Source of the DNA: Candidatus Nezhaarchaeota archaeon
GTDB taxonomy: Archaea; Thermoproteota; Methanomethylicia; Nezhaarchaeales; WYZ-LMO8
Direction: 5' to 3'
Assembly: GCA_025059375.1 (NCBI GenBank)
Contig: JANXDO010000001.1
Location: forward strand, 224,097-288,096
DNA: 64,000 nt
Numbering within the stretch: the stretch's first letter is position 1; the number at the start of each line of letters is the position of its first letter. A program made the translations under genes and the position numbers. This document shows, in pieces, positions 48,563 to 58,131 of the stretch. Below the pieces are notes generated by a model. It had not been told where the DNA came from. It saw nothing but the letters and a program-made list of their open reading frames with translations, and made no database searches.

Positions 48563-48961
48563 GTGAGTAAGGTCGTAGAAAGACTCTTAGCATTAATTCC
48601 TCTAGTTGACCTCATCTACATATATTCCAGTAGAATTACACGCATTTATCCCGAGCTATCATACTTAAGTAGGCGTAGGCTGCTCCTTGGTTGGCTTGAA
48701 CACGTACTTTACGCTGTCCTCGGCTTCATGTTATGTAAGCTATTTGGACCTCTCTTGGCAATAATGGTCTATGTTATTAGTCTCTCCATAGCATTACCAA
48801 TAGAGGTGTACATATCAAGGTTGGCGAGGATACCGACGTGGGAATGGGCTAAAGGTAAGAAGCTTCGCGAGAGATTTCAGTTGTTCTGTCTAGCATCTCT
48901 GAACGCCACCTTGTACTTCTTAATCGGGTTGACCACACACATGGCCCTCTTAGGTTCATGA
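48563..48961 (+). CDS. Hypothetical membrane protein
   Basis: 3-4 hydrophobic segments. Confidence 0.55.
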   Translation: MSKVVERLLALIPLVDLIYIYSSRITRIYPELSYLSRRRLLLGWLEHVLYAVLGFMLCKLFGPLLAIMVYVISLSIALPIEVYISRLARIPTWEWAKGKKLRERFQLFCLASLNATLYFLIGLTTHMALLGS

Positions 48962-49088
48962 TAGACGAAATGGCTGAGACCTCGACCCCCCACTCCTAGC
49001 CCTTGATTTTACCCATGTATCACAAAGTAGTTTAGCACCTTAAAACCTCCAGCTCTCGAAGTGTTCGCCCACAGTAGCGGGATCTCGA

Positions 49089-50360
49089 TTATCCACCCAG
49101 ATAAGACTTGGCCCTCTTAATGATCTCTGTGCCAATCATTAAGCCAAGGGCCCCCCTCCTGCACGCCACTTCATCGAAGCTCTTCACTTCATCGGGTTTA
49201 ATGCCATTGCCAGCCATTAGTATTGGCACTGGATCGTCGGAATGAGCCTTTAGTGTACATGGAGTAGCGTGATCGGCGGTTACGATGACTACCATATCCT
49301 CAAGATCTAGCTCTGTGACCACTACGCTGAAGAAGTACCTATCTATCTCCTCTATAGACTTAATTTTAAGCATCGGGTTCCCGTCGTGGCCAGGCTCATC
49401 GGGACCTTTTAAGTGCACGTAGACTCCATCGTACTTGTAGAGTGCTTCAATTGCACTCTCAACCCTAAGCTTATAGTCCACCTCGGCATTGCCTAACATC
49501 GGCGGTATTGGTACGATGTCCATCCCAGCTGCCATTGCAATACCCTTCTCAACGGGCATCTCAGCTAGACAAGCCATTCTCAAACCATAGAGCTCACTTA
49601 TTGGCTTAAGCTTCGGAAGTTCATGAGCAGCATCTCTACATAGAAGAGCATTGGCTGGTAAGAGACCCCTACCTACTCTCCTCTCGTTTACGGGGTGCCT
49701 CCTAAGCAGCTCTATGACCTTAAATGTGAACTCATTGACTAGCTTAGCGGCTTTCATGGCCTCATCTCTGTCGTCGAGAGGCTTACAATCCGCTAACACC
49801 ATCTGTTCAGCAACCCTCGCAACACCTAGACCACCAACCCTCTCATAAGCTGGATCAGTATTCGTTATGCTGCTCGACAAAGAGCCATCAAGCCTCCTTA
49901 TTACCAAAACCCCCCTATGACCCACAGTACTCTTAAATTTGAAGTCAGCACCCTCTAACCTAACCTCTCTATTTATCGCTTCAGCTAGTTCAGCAGCTTC
50001 CTGAGAAGTTAGTGTCCTTCCACATCTCCTATCTATGACCCTAAGCTTCTCATCTATGGTAGCGAAGTTGCACCTCAAAGCTAGCCATCCATCTTTAAAC
50101 TCGAGACCAGCACCCAAAGCCTCTAAGACCCCCCTTCCAGTGTGATGTTTGTAGGGGTCGTAGCCCAAGATACTTAAAACCGCAACATCAGATTCTGGTG
50201 CTACACCCTCACCAACGGTGTACACTAGTCCTGTCACACCCATCTCAGCTAACTTATCGATATTCGGCTTGTGGGAATATTGAAGAGGGGTCTTACCGCT
50301 CAATAGCGGGTTAGGTCTATCACCAACACCATCGAGAACCACGTATAGGAGCTTCCTCAA
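49089..50360 (-). CDS. apgM: 2,3-bisphosphoglycerate-independent phosphoglycerate mutase (archaeal type)
   Basis: LDGVGDRP, KTPL, PESD.A.LS.LGYDP, HLKGPDEPGHDG, TADHATP, HS.DPVP. Confidence 0.9.
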   Translation of the reverse strand: MRKLLYVVLDGVGDRPNPLLSGKTPLQYSHKPNIDKLAEMGVTGLVYTVGEGVAPESDVAVLSILGYDPYKHHTGRGVLEALGAGLEFKDGWLALRCNFATIDEKLRVIDRRCGRTLTSQEAAELAEAINREVRLEGADFKFKSTVGHRGVLVIRRLDGSLSSSITNTDPAYERVGGLGVARVAEQMVLADCKPLDDRDEAMKAAKLVNEFTFKVIELLRRHPVNERRVGRGLLPANALLCRDAAHELPKLKPISELYGLRMACLAEMPVEKGIAMAAGMDIVPIPPMLGNAEVDYKLRVESAIEALYKYDGVYVHLKGPDEPGHDGNPMLKIKSIEEIDRYFFSVVVTELDLEDMVVIVTADHATPCTLKAHSDDPVPILMAGNGIKPDEVKSFDEVACRRGALGLMIGTEIIKRAKSYLGG

Positions 50361-50479
50361 AGTCTACACCAGCTAGATTTCAGGGACTTCCAGTTAGATA
50401 GCTTTAATCGTTACACCTCAAAGCCCAAGTCTACTAGGTAAGGCATATAAGGTTTTCATTCTACGTCTTGCTCTAGTAG

Positions 50480-51772
50480 GTGTTAAAAATGATGTTGAAT
50501 AGCAGGATTGGTGCGGGTGTAGGTGTTTGGGTCGCCGTAATGATAGTAATTGCTGTAATCTCAGCATCAGGAGGTTACTATTCAGGTTATGATTCTGGCT
50601 ATAAGGAGGGCTATAGTAAGGGCTTCTCACAAGCACAACAAGAGATCCCGAAACCAATACTTCCAAGTAAGTTAAAGATGGGCGTGTTGCTTCCGCTATC
50701 AGGTGAACTGGGGGTTTTAGGTCGAGAAATACTTAATGGAATTCGATTAGCTATTGATCAAATTAACATTAGCGGTCTATCTGGGAGGAGTATCATATTG
50801 GTAGTTGGTGATACCAGATCAGATCCGACTATTGCGGTGTCTGAAGCTTGGCGATTAATGGTTAATGAAAGTGTGAAGGTTGTGATTGGAGGCTCCATGG
50901 ATCAATCGACCCTAATCAGCATCGCTAAAATGGCAAACCAGTATGGTACCGTCTTAATACTACTACCGTCTACTAGCCCAGAGATCAACAAGCCTGTTAA
51001 TGACCCTAAGAACCTAATTTTCAGGATAATCGGTGATGACGGTTTGCAGGGTGTAGCTATGGCGACCTTAGCTAGAAACCTTGGCTTTAAGACCGCAGTA
51101 GTTGTAGCCGTCGATGATGACTATGGGAGGTACCTTGCCAACAAAATCAATGAGTCTTTCCGCGCACAGGAAGGGACTGTCCTCAAATCAATTTACTATA
51201 GCCCTGCAGCAAAAGACTTTAATGCGACAGAAATTAAAGAGCTGAACCCCGACGTCGTGTTCCTTATAGGACACCCTGAATCAGCTTTAAGAGTAATCAG
51301 GGAAGCTAAGGCGGTAGGAGTCGCTTCATCGTGGATCGCGTGTAGAGAGATGTTTAATGAGACCTTAATTAGAGATCCTAAAGTAGCAGAGTACTTAGTT
51401 GGCACCTACGGTGTGAGGCTGTCGGTAAGTAATGCACTATATCAACAATTCAATCAAACTTACAAAGATAGGTTTGGTGTAGAGCCTGGATTAAACGCAT
51501 CATGTGCCTACGATGCTATAATGCTATCCGCACTAGCAGTAGCTTATGCTGGCGACTACAATGAGACAGCCATTAGGAACTCCTTGTTCACCATTAGTCG
51601 CTTCTTCATGGGCTTAACGGGACCAAAGTTCCTGAATGATCACGGTGATGTACTTCAAAACTACGATGTGTGGGAGATAGTCAGTGAAAATGGCTACTAC
51701 AAGTTCAAGATCGTGGCTACATGGACACCAAGTATCAATGGTGCTGGCACAATAACGTGGATATCAAGGTAG
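50480..51772 (+). CDS. LivK-type (branched-chain amino acid) substrate-binding protein, N-terminally membrane anchored
   Basis: TM plus GYxxG repeats; GVLLPLSG, D..SDP, STSP, FR....D..QG, DDYG, YDA, F.GLTG. Confidence 0.8.
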   Translation: MLKMMLNSRIGAGVGVWVAVMIVIAVISASGGYYSGYDSGYKEGYSKGFSQAQQEIPKPILPSKLKMGVLLPLSGELGVLGREILNGIRLAIDQINISGLSGRSIILVVGDTRSDPTIAVSEAWRLMVNESVKVVIGGSMDQSTLISIAKMANQYGTVLILLPSTSPEINKPVNDPKNLIFRIIGDDGLQGVAMATLARNLGFKTAVVVAVDDDYGRYLANKINESFRAQEGTVLKSIYYSPAAKDFNATEIKELNPDVVFLIGHPESALRVIREAKAVGVASSWIACREMFNETLIRDPKVAEYLVGTYGVRLSVSNALYQQFNQTYKDRFGVEPGLNASCAYDAIMLSALAVAYAGDYNETAIRNSLFTISRFFMGLTGPKFLNDHGDVLQNYDVWEIVSENGYYKFKIVATWTPSINGAGTITWISR

Positions 51773-52084
51773 CTAACTACTTCGCCCAACATTCAAGCAA
51801 TCTTGAAATTGAAGAAGTCCAGCTTAACGAGTGTGGGATGATGAGTTTACATGAAGTTTCGTTGCTAAGTTTTGAGGCTATAGACAGCGGGAGGTCCCTG
51901 AAATGCTAGAGGAGCATAAGCACTATAGCGATTTAGATTGCAATTGTCAATTATTAACCAGCATCAACATAAACTAGCGCTAATTTCGAGCTTCCTCGCC
52001 TTCTCGGAAACTTATAAGTGCGTTACTTGTAACGTTAAGAGGTAACGAAGAGGCTCATGAACGTATCAGTCAAACTTAGCATGA

Positions 52085-52690
52085 GTGCTGGGAGGTACGT
52101 GTATGAGGATAAATAAAGTGATAAAGTACTTAATCCTCTTTGACTTTGCAACTTTAACTGGAGCTGGCCTCATAATCCCAATCTTCGCAATCTTCATAAC
52201 TAGCAACATCATAGGTGGTACAGCTGCTGTTGCTGGTTTTGCATCAACCATCTTTATGGCCTCCTTCTCCATAGCAAGGCTGTCCTCAGCGTATATAGTT
52301 GATAAAAGGTTAAGTGATAAGAAGAAGGTAGCATTCTCGATCTTCGGTACAGTTCTAATAGGCATCTCCTACATCCTGTACGTCTTAGCGAGGCTACCTT
52401 GGCACGTCTACCTCCTTCAAACCATGAACGGTATTGGAACCGGATTTCGCTATGCCCCCTTCATGAGTCTCTTCACGCGCCATATTGACAAAGGTCAGGA
52501 GTCTTTCGAGTGGGGTATGGCTGCAGTGTCGACAAGCATAGGTCAAGCATTAACCGGCGCAATTGGTGGAGTGCTGGTTGAATTGTATGGATTTAATCTG
52601 GTCTTCACGCTAGCTGGGGCATTCATAGTGTTGAGCTCCTTCATTCCACTTACAATTTATAGTAACATAAACTCTAGACCAGTACGCTGA
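52085..52690 (+). CDS. Half-size (6-TM) MFS-like membrane protein
   Basis: PIFAIF, Q...GIG.G, F..HIDKG.E..EW, GAIGG.L...YGF...F. Confidence 0.7.
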   Translation: MLGGTCMRINKVIKYLILFDFATLTGAGLIIPIFAIFITSNIIGGTAAVAGFASTIFMASFSIARLSSAYIVDKRLSDKKKVAFSIFGTVLIGISYILYVLARLPWHVYLLQTMNGIGTGFRYAPFMSLFTRHIDKGQESFEWGMAAVSTSIGQALTGAIGGVLVELYGFNLVFTLAGAFIVLSSFIPLTIYSNINSRPVR

Positions 52691-52833
52691 AACATCAATT
52701 CCTAAAGCTTAACGAACCCCGCTGTTTCTCTCATACGTGAGTCTAGCTCCGCTGAAAGCTCCTTCACACTAGAGGGCAGCCCTTAAGTTTTAAGGAGAAG
52801 CCTTTACTACGCCCTGCCTCACAACCCTATATA

Positions 52834-53520
52834 TTGAGATCGAGTAAGCTACGAGGATTAGGCATGAGGAAGCTAGTACTAATGGCGACATTGGCCATGC
52901 TGATCTTGACTTCAAGACCCCTAACACTCCATACATCAAGCTACTCTCATGAAGCATGTGGAGAAGTTATTGATGTCGTTGATGGGGATACCATTGACGT
53001 CAAGATCCTTAAGGTGCACAAGGAGAGGTTTAATAACTATCTAGGCAAGGTAGTCAGAGTGCGTCTTGCAGACATAAATGCACCAGAGCTTAGTACGCCA
53101 GAAGGCGAGAGAGCTAAGATTGCACTATCACTACTCCTCAAAGATCGTGGAAATCGCGTCCTACTAGACATCGACGACGTCTGCGTGGTGGACAGGTATA
53201 ATAGATTGATAGCACTCATCTACGTGAACCATAACGAGACACATGAGCTAAACATTAACATGTGGCTAGTAGCTAATAACCATGCCGAGATTAAGGACTT
53301 CCTCGATAATGAGTTCGATCCAGGCTCATGGACACTTTATGTAGAGTCAGCTCGAAGCTCAGCGCCCAAACTCGATGAGGTCGCTGACGAGAACTCATGG
53401 ATATGGGACACGATCTTTTACTTGGTTTTAGCAGTATTAGTATTATTAGTATTATTGACAAAGAGTCGTAAGCGGGTACGTAGTGGCTCTCACAATTGTG
53501 GTGCACTCGGGTATGCTTAA
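52834..53520 (+). CDS. Thermonuclease (SNase-like), secreted, with C-terminal membrane anchor
   Basis: Signal peptide; VVDGDTI, VRLADINAPE, DRYNRLIA, N..LV; C-terminal TM plus basic tail. Confidence 0.85.
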   Translation: MRSSKLRGLGMRKLVLMATLAMLILTSRPLTLHTSSYSHEACGEVIDVVDGDTIDVKILKVHKERFNNYLGKVVRVRLADINAPELSTPEGERAKIALSLLLKDRGNRVLLDIDDVCVVDRYNRLIALIYVNHNETHELNINMWLVANNHAEIKDFLDNEFDPGSWTLYVESARSSAPKLDEVADENSWIWDTIFYLVLAVLVLLVLLTKSRKRVRSGSHNCGALGYA

Positions 53521-53998
53521 TTTAGAGCATGGAATAATGGTGTGGATTTGAGGATGGCGAAGTAATGGCAAGGTTGCCGATGACCTCGACGAAGCCGTCG
53601 ATAGCGACTTAATGAGGCTTTAGGTTAATTCTAAATCTACTTCTTAACGGATTAAAGAGAGCTGAAAGTGGACGTGAAATATCAGAGAGGAGGCTTGGCT
53701 TATGCATAGCATCGTTAAGGGGTTGTGGGTGCATGGGTAACAGCACATCTCAAGCATCGTGAAACGAAGGATTATAGCCAACCAACAGCATGACCGTTAG
53801 TGTGCATTACCTCGTCAGTAAGCATCTAGACTGCCTAAATTAAAGGTCAGGGGACTCTATGAGTGTAAGATCATCAGCATATACAGGGTTTACAGGAAAC
53901 TAGATCGTATAGCTCCACCGTCCACTTAAGGTCCCTTTAAGCAGTCAGCTCAGTGGCGATGGATTACATTAGTGGACCACTCAATAATGTTAACGTGC

Positions 53999-54802
53999 CT
54001 ATGATGAAGTGAAGTAACGGAATGCCTCTTTTAGAGTTGATACCTCAATTATATCTATGTTGTAGCCCATAGAGCTAAGGTAATCCTCAACGCTAACCAC
54101 TTGAGGCCTATAGTACCTAAAGGTGAAGGGTCCTACCCTTCGCTCACTGATCACGTATATGGTGTCTACGCTTTGACCTAAAGGTACAAGGAATATCTTT
54201 GCCCCGGCTCTAGCTGCAGCCTCAGCCTTATATAGAATTCCACCCACTTTTCCTATAACTCCATTCTCACTTATCGTGCCAGTTATTACAACATCACTTC
54301 TTATCGGCATGTTAAGGAGAAGGGATGAAACGAGAACGGCTACAGCAGCTCCAGCAGATGGACCATCAACCACGTAGACGCTCTCATTACCTATTATCGT
54401 AAGCATCAAGTCTAGGTCGGACGCATCAATATTCGTGAACTTCTGAGCAGCTTTAAAGGCAACCTCAGCAGCCTCTTGAAGTTCTATACCAATCTTAGGT
54501 GTTGTTGAAATGTAGACCCTACCACCACCCTCTATCAAGGCACCCTCAAGCTTCATAGCAAGCCCCCTATACTCTTCCCCACCAACGACGCCAACTATGT
54601 ATATTGAAGCTACGCCGTGCAGGTACATTGGGCCATGTCTATCACCAGCATCAGTTGGTGTACCCTCGATGTGCCGTTGATCCTCGTAGAGCAAGATGTA
54701 AGATAAAATGCCATTAAACGCTAGGCTAATAATCAATAAACATAAGAGCACGTAAATCTTAGCGGAGCCACTCTTACTCTTCAAGACCTTGGGGATGGCC
54801 AC
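53999..54802 (-). CDS. Lon-like S16 protease domain protein, membrane anchored, no AAA+ domain
   Basis: VDGPSAG (Ser), ITGTI...G.IG.VGG..YK (Lys dyad). Confidence 0.85.
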   Translation of the reverse strand: MAIPKVLKSKSGSAKIYVLLCLLIISLAFNGILSYILLYEDQRHIEGTPTDAGDRHGPMYLHGVASIYIVGVVGGEEYRGLAMKLEGALIEGGGRVYISTTPKIGIELQEAAEVAFKAAQKFTNIDASDLDLMLTIIGNESVYVVDGPSAGAAVAVLVSSLLLNMPIRSDVVITGTISENGVIGKVGGILYKAEAAARAGAKIFLVPLGQSVDTIYVISERRVGPFTFRYYRPQVVSVEDYLSSMGYNIDIIEVSTLKEAFRYFTSS

Positions 54803-54892
54803 ATGAGAGCCCCGAAGCAGAGAGTGAAGAGAGGCATTATAAACCTCGCTCTCTTAAGAAGTATGAAGCTGGGGAGCTGAACCACTAATAAT

Positions 54893-56239
54893 TCACGTGA
54901 AAGCTATGAAGATTAGATAGTGTATAGCTTCACCAACCAGTATAGCCACCACGGTGTATGGAGCCCCGATCTTTGAGAACTCGATGAAGGAAACTTTGTG
55001 ACCTCTCTTCTCAAGTATCCCCACCGCTACGGCGTTGGCTGACGCACCAATGTAAGTGCAGTTGCCCCCAAGGCTTCCACCCATGAGTAGGGCCCACATG
55101 AGGGTGTAGACGTTCATGCCTGAGATCTCGGCCAACCTCATCACGGTTGGTATCATCATTGCAAAGTATGGGATGTTATCTATGAAGGCTGATAGGAGGA
55201 CGGAGAGCCATATTAGCAACGTTGAGGCGATGAGGGCGTCAGCTTTGCATAGCTCATACACCTCAAGCGTCAAGATGGTGAGGAAACTAGTTTCCACAAG
55301 TCCACCTGTCAAGATGAACACCGATGAGATGAATATTAGCGTCTTCCAGCTCACACCCTTCAAGAGGGGATCGAGAGACTTATCACATGGAGCACGAATT
55401 GTTAAAAGTAGTAGACCTCCAAGCAGTGGTGGCATCCAGAGAGGGATGTTATACACGTTCCTTACGCTTAAGAGGACAACGACGCACAAGAAAACAGTCA
55501 TGGCTGTCAAGAACAACCCCCTATCGCTCATTCGATACTCGTTTAAGTCTAGGCGTGCGCTCATAGACGCTCTCGACCCATCTATGTAGCGCTTAGCTGT
55601 AACTCCCAACGTTAATGCCGCTATGGGACAGGCGGCCATTATTATGAAGAAGATGCTAGGCTTTCCCTGAAATAGTATGAAGTCTGTGAAGCTCAAGTCG
55701 AGTGCTGATGCCACCATCATGCTTGGAGGGTCTCCTACCATTAATGCAGCACCTACGAGGTTTGCACCCAAAGCAACACCTATAACGTAGGGGACTATAC
55801 TTACGCCTAAGGATTCTGCAATACCTATTGCTACGGGTGCGAGTAGGAGGGTTGTTGATACATTATCTAGGACGAGCGAGATTAGAGAGCCGAGGTAGGC
55901 AAGAGCAATTAATGAGTTCATAGGGCTGCGCCCAAAGACCCTTAAAAATCGTGAAGCTATCCATCTTGCAAAACCAGACTTCTCCAAGTAGTAAGTTATG
56001 ATCGCCATCCCTATCAGGAGGCCCAGCACATCAACATCAACGTATTCGGAGACCTTATGTAGCGGCACTATGCCCAGGGCAAGCAGTATTAACGAAGCTG
56101 CAAGGCCTATGTAAGCCCTATGAATCCTACCCCAAGCTATCAAAGCAATCGATGCTACGAACACTACAATAGCTATGACCATGCCGTTAGACTCTACGAG
56201 CAAAGTCACCCCCTCATCAATCCCACATGGATCTCTCAT
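54893..56239 (-). CDS. ArsB/NhaD/SLC13 (P-protein-like) ion transporter
   Basis: LDNVSTTLL, AN.VG....GDPP, SAFIDNIP, LGGN.T.IGASAN, SF.EF.K.G. Confidence 0.85.
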   Translation of the reverse strand: MRDPCGIDEGVTLLVESNGMVIAIVVFVASIALIAWGRIHRAYIGLAASLILLALGIVPLHKVSEYVDVDVLGLLIGMAIITYYLEKSGFARWIASRFLRVFGRSPMNSLIALAYLGSLISLVLDNVSTTLLLAPVAIGIAESLGVSIVPYVIGVALGANLVGAALMVGDPPSMMVASALDLSFTDFILFQGKPSIFFIIMAACPIAALTLGVTAKRYIDGSRASMSARLDLNEYRMSDRGLFLTAMTVFLCVVVLLSVRNVYNIPLWMPPLLGGLLLLTIRAPCDKSLDPLLKGVSWKTLIFISSVFILTGGLVETSFLTILTLEVYELCKADALIASTLLIWLSVLLSAFIDNIPYFAMMIPTVMRLAEISGMNVYTLMWALLMGGSLGGNCTYIGASANAVAVGILEKRGHKVSFIEFSKIGAPYTVVAILVGEAIHYLIFIAFT

Positions 56240-56489
56240 TCGATATTAACGTGCAGAGAATCTTTACTACTTGTATAAAGCGTAGACAGTATAATTCTAA
56301 CCTATGGGTTACAGTGATTACAGCTGATAAGGCATTACATGAACATCCGCACGGCCCCGGGTTTTAGTCAAATCAGTGAGATGTACTTGATGGACTTGGC
56401 TGTCCCCATAAGACCAAACTTAAATTCTAAATTGACTTAGAAGATTAAGCAATAAAGATTGGTGAGACACTATGAGCATCCTTCACTGA

Positions 56490-57287
56490 TCAACTCTCCT
56501 CAATTATTGCAACAGCTCTACACCATGCAGCAGATGCCTTAGTTATTTTAACTGGAAAGCATGCCACTTTAAATCCGTGTGGCACTGGGACCTTATCTAG
56601 GTTGGCCAGCTTTTCAATGTGACAGTACTCCCTCTTTATACCCGCGAAGTGTGCGGGCCATATTACCCTACCATCCCCCACCCTCTTGTACTCCTCAGCC
56701 ATGTACTTGAATGGTCTATCAAGGGTGTAGGCATCGATACCAATGATCTTGACGCCCTGGTCAACTAGCCACAATATTGATTCATGTGATAAGCCAGGCT
56801 GCTCAAAGTACTCAGGTGTCCCAGCATATCTGTCGCGACCCGTCATGATTAGGACAATATCGTAGGGCTTTATCGTGTAATTGATCTTCCTTAGAGCCCC
56901 TTTTAAATCGTCAACGGTGATGTAGTCCCCCGGCTTCTTATGCCTAAAGTCTAGTATAACCCCATCAGAGAAGCACCACTCAAGCGGTATTTCATCAACT
57001 GTCTTAGCTAGTCTACCCTCTGAAATTGGGTGATAATGCCATGGAGCATCTAAATGAGTTCCGGTATGGGTGATGGCTGTTATCTCCTCAATCGACCAGC
57101 CTAACCCTCCAGAGTACACTAGATCGCTTGGCTTTATGCCGAAGAACATCAACATATCAACAGCACCCTCCCTATGGTCAACATATCTTATCCTAGGTCT
57201 ATAAGGCTCTGGATCAAGTGGTGAATTGTGTTCTAACGGCAAACTTAAATCGATTATTCTCACCTTACCCATAATCCACCCCTGCAC
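56490..57287 (-). CDS. Cyclase family (kynurenine formamidase-like) metal hydrolase
   Basis: HTGTHLDAPWH, GID...D.P, HIEKL.NL, FPVKI. Confidence 0.85.
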   Translation of the reverse strand: MQGWIMGKVRIIDLSLPLEHNSPLDPEPYRPRIRYVDHREGAVDMLMFFGIKPSDLVYSGGLGWSIEEITAITHTGTHLDAPWHYHPISEGRLAKTVDEIPLEWCFSDGVILDFRHKKPGDYITVDDLKGALRKINYTIKPYDIVLIMTGRDRYAGTPEYFEQPGLSHESILWLVDQGVKIIGIDAYTLDRPFKYMAEEYKRVGDGRVIWPAHFAGIKREYCHIEKLANLDKVPVPHGFKVACFPVKITKASAAWCRAVAIIEES

Positions 57288-57476
57288 TACTTCAACTTCA
57301 AATGTAGTAAAAAACTAGCGAAAACAGCCATTCAACTCTCTAAACTCAACATAAACCTTCACTGCCTACTCTCTCACCGACCATCAGCTAGGTGTCCATG
57401 AGCTCTTACTACGATTTCTAGGGGACTTAAGTTTCTTGGAAAGGCTTTTTAATTATACCGCTTAAAATGTCTATCG

Positions 57477-57890
57477 ATGGGTATGCCGAAGATATCGATA
57501 ATAGTGTCATCGGAGAAGTTGGACAAGCTCTTCCCGGCCGTTACCTTAGCGACTACAGCAGCAGTTATGGGTTGGGAGGCAGAGCTATTCTTCACATTCT
57601 GGGGTCTCTTAGCCCTAAAGAAGGGTTATGAACCTAAGGAGGTCAGCTTGGACTACAAGAGTTATGAGGGTGAGTTAAGGAGGGCTCTTAGTAGTGGAGC
57701 TATTCCAAATTGGCGCGATCTACTGAGGGAGGGTAAAAAGACTGGAAAATTGAAAGTTTATGCTTGCTCTGCGACAATGAGCCTTCTAGGCTTAAAAGCT
57801 GAGGACTTGGAAGACTACGTTGACGAGGTTGTTGGAGCTGTAACCTTCCTAAGTAGAGCAAAAGACTCGGAGATAAACCTATTCATATAG
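57477..57890 (+). CDS. DsrE/DsrF/DrsH-like sulfur carrier
   Basis: LFFTFWGL, YACSATM, VGAVTFL, LFI end. Confidence 0.85.
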   Translation: MGMPKISIIVSSEKLDKLFPAVTLATTAAVMGWEAELFFTFWGLLALKKGYEPKEVSLDYKSYEGELRRALSSGAIPNWRDLLREGKKTGKLKVYACSATMSLLGLKAEDLEDYVDEVVGAVTFLSRAKDSEINLFI

Positions 57891-57894
57891 CAGC

Positions 57895-58131
57895 TTGGTG
57901 GGGACCTTGAAGGTTGACTTGGTAGTTGATGCTAGATATAGATCTTGTCCAGGTCCACTCCTAGCTTTAGCGGAAGCCATTGCGAAGGCTAATCCAGGTC
58001 AAGTGATAATGCTCTTAGCAACTGATCCCGCAGCCCCCCGCGACGTTAAAGAGTGGGCTTCGAGTACGAACCACAAGGTTCTACAAGTTGAGAAGGTTGA
58101 TGGGGAGTATAGGATATACGTGGAGGTTTAA
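57895..58131 (+). CDS. tusA: TusA/SirA family sulfurtransferase
   Basis: DAR...CPGP, LATDP....DV..W. Confidence 0.85.
   Translation: MVGTLKVDLVVDARYRSCPGPLLALAEAIAKANPGQVIMLLATDPAAPRDVKEWASSTNHKVLQVEKVDGEYRIYVEV

Noticed and set aside
50572-50625. Short tandem-like DNA repeats
   Set aside because: Explained by the GYxxG peptide repeat in the binding-protein stalk
53428-53458. TAGTATTAT low-complexity repeat
   Set aside because: Encodes the Leu/Val transmembrane anchor of the nuclease
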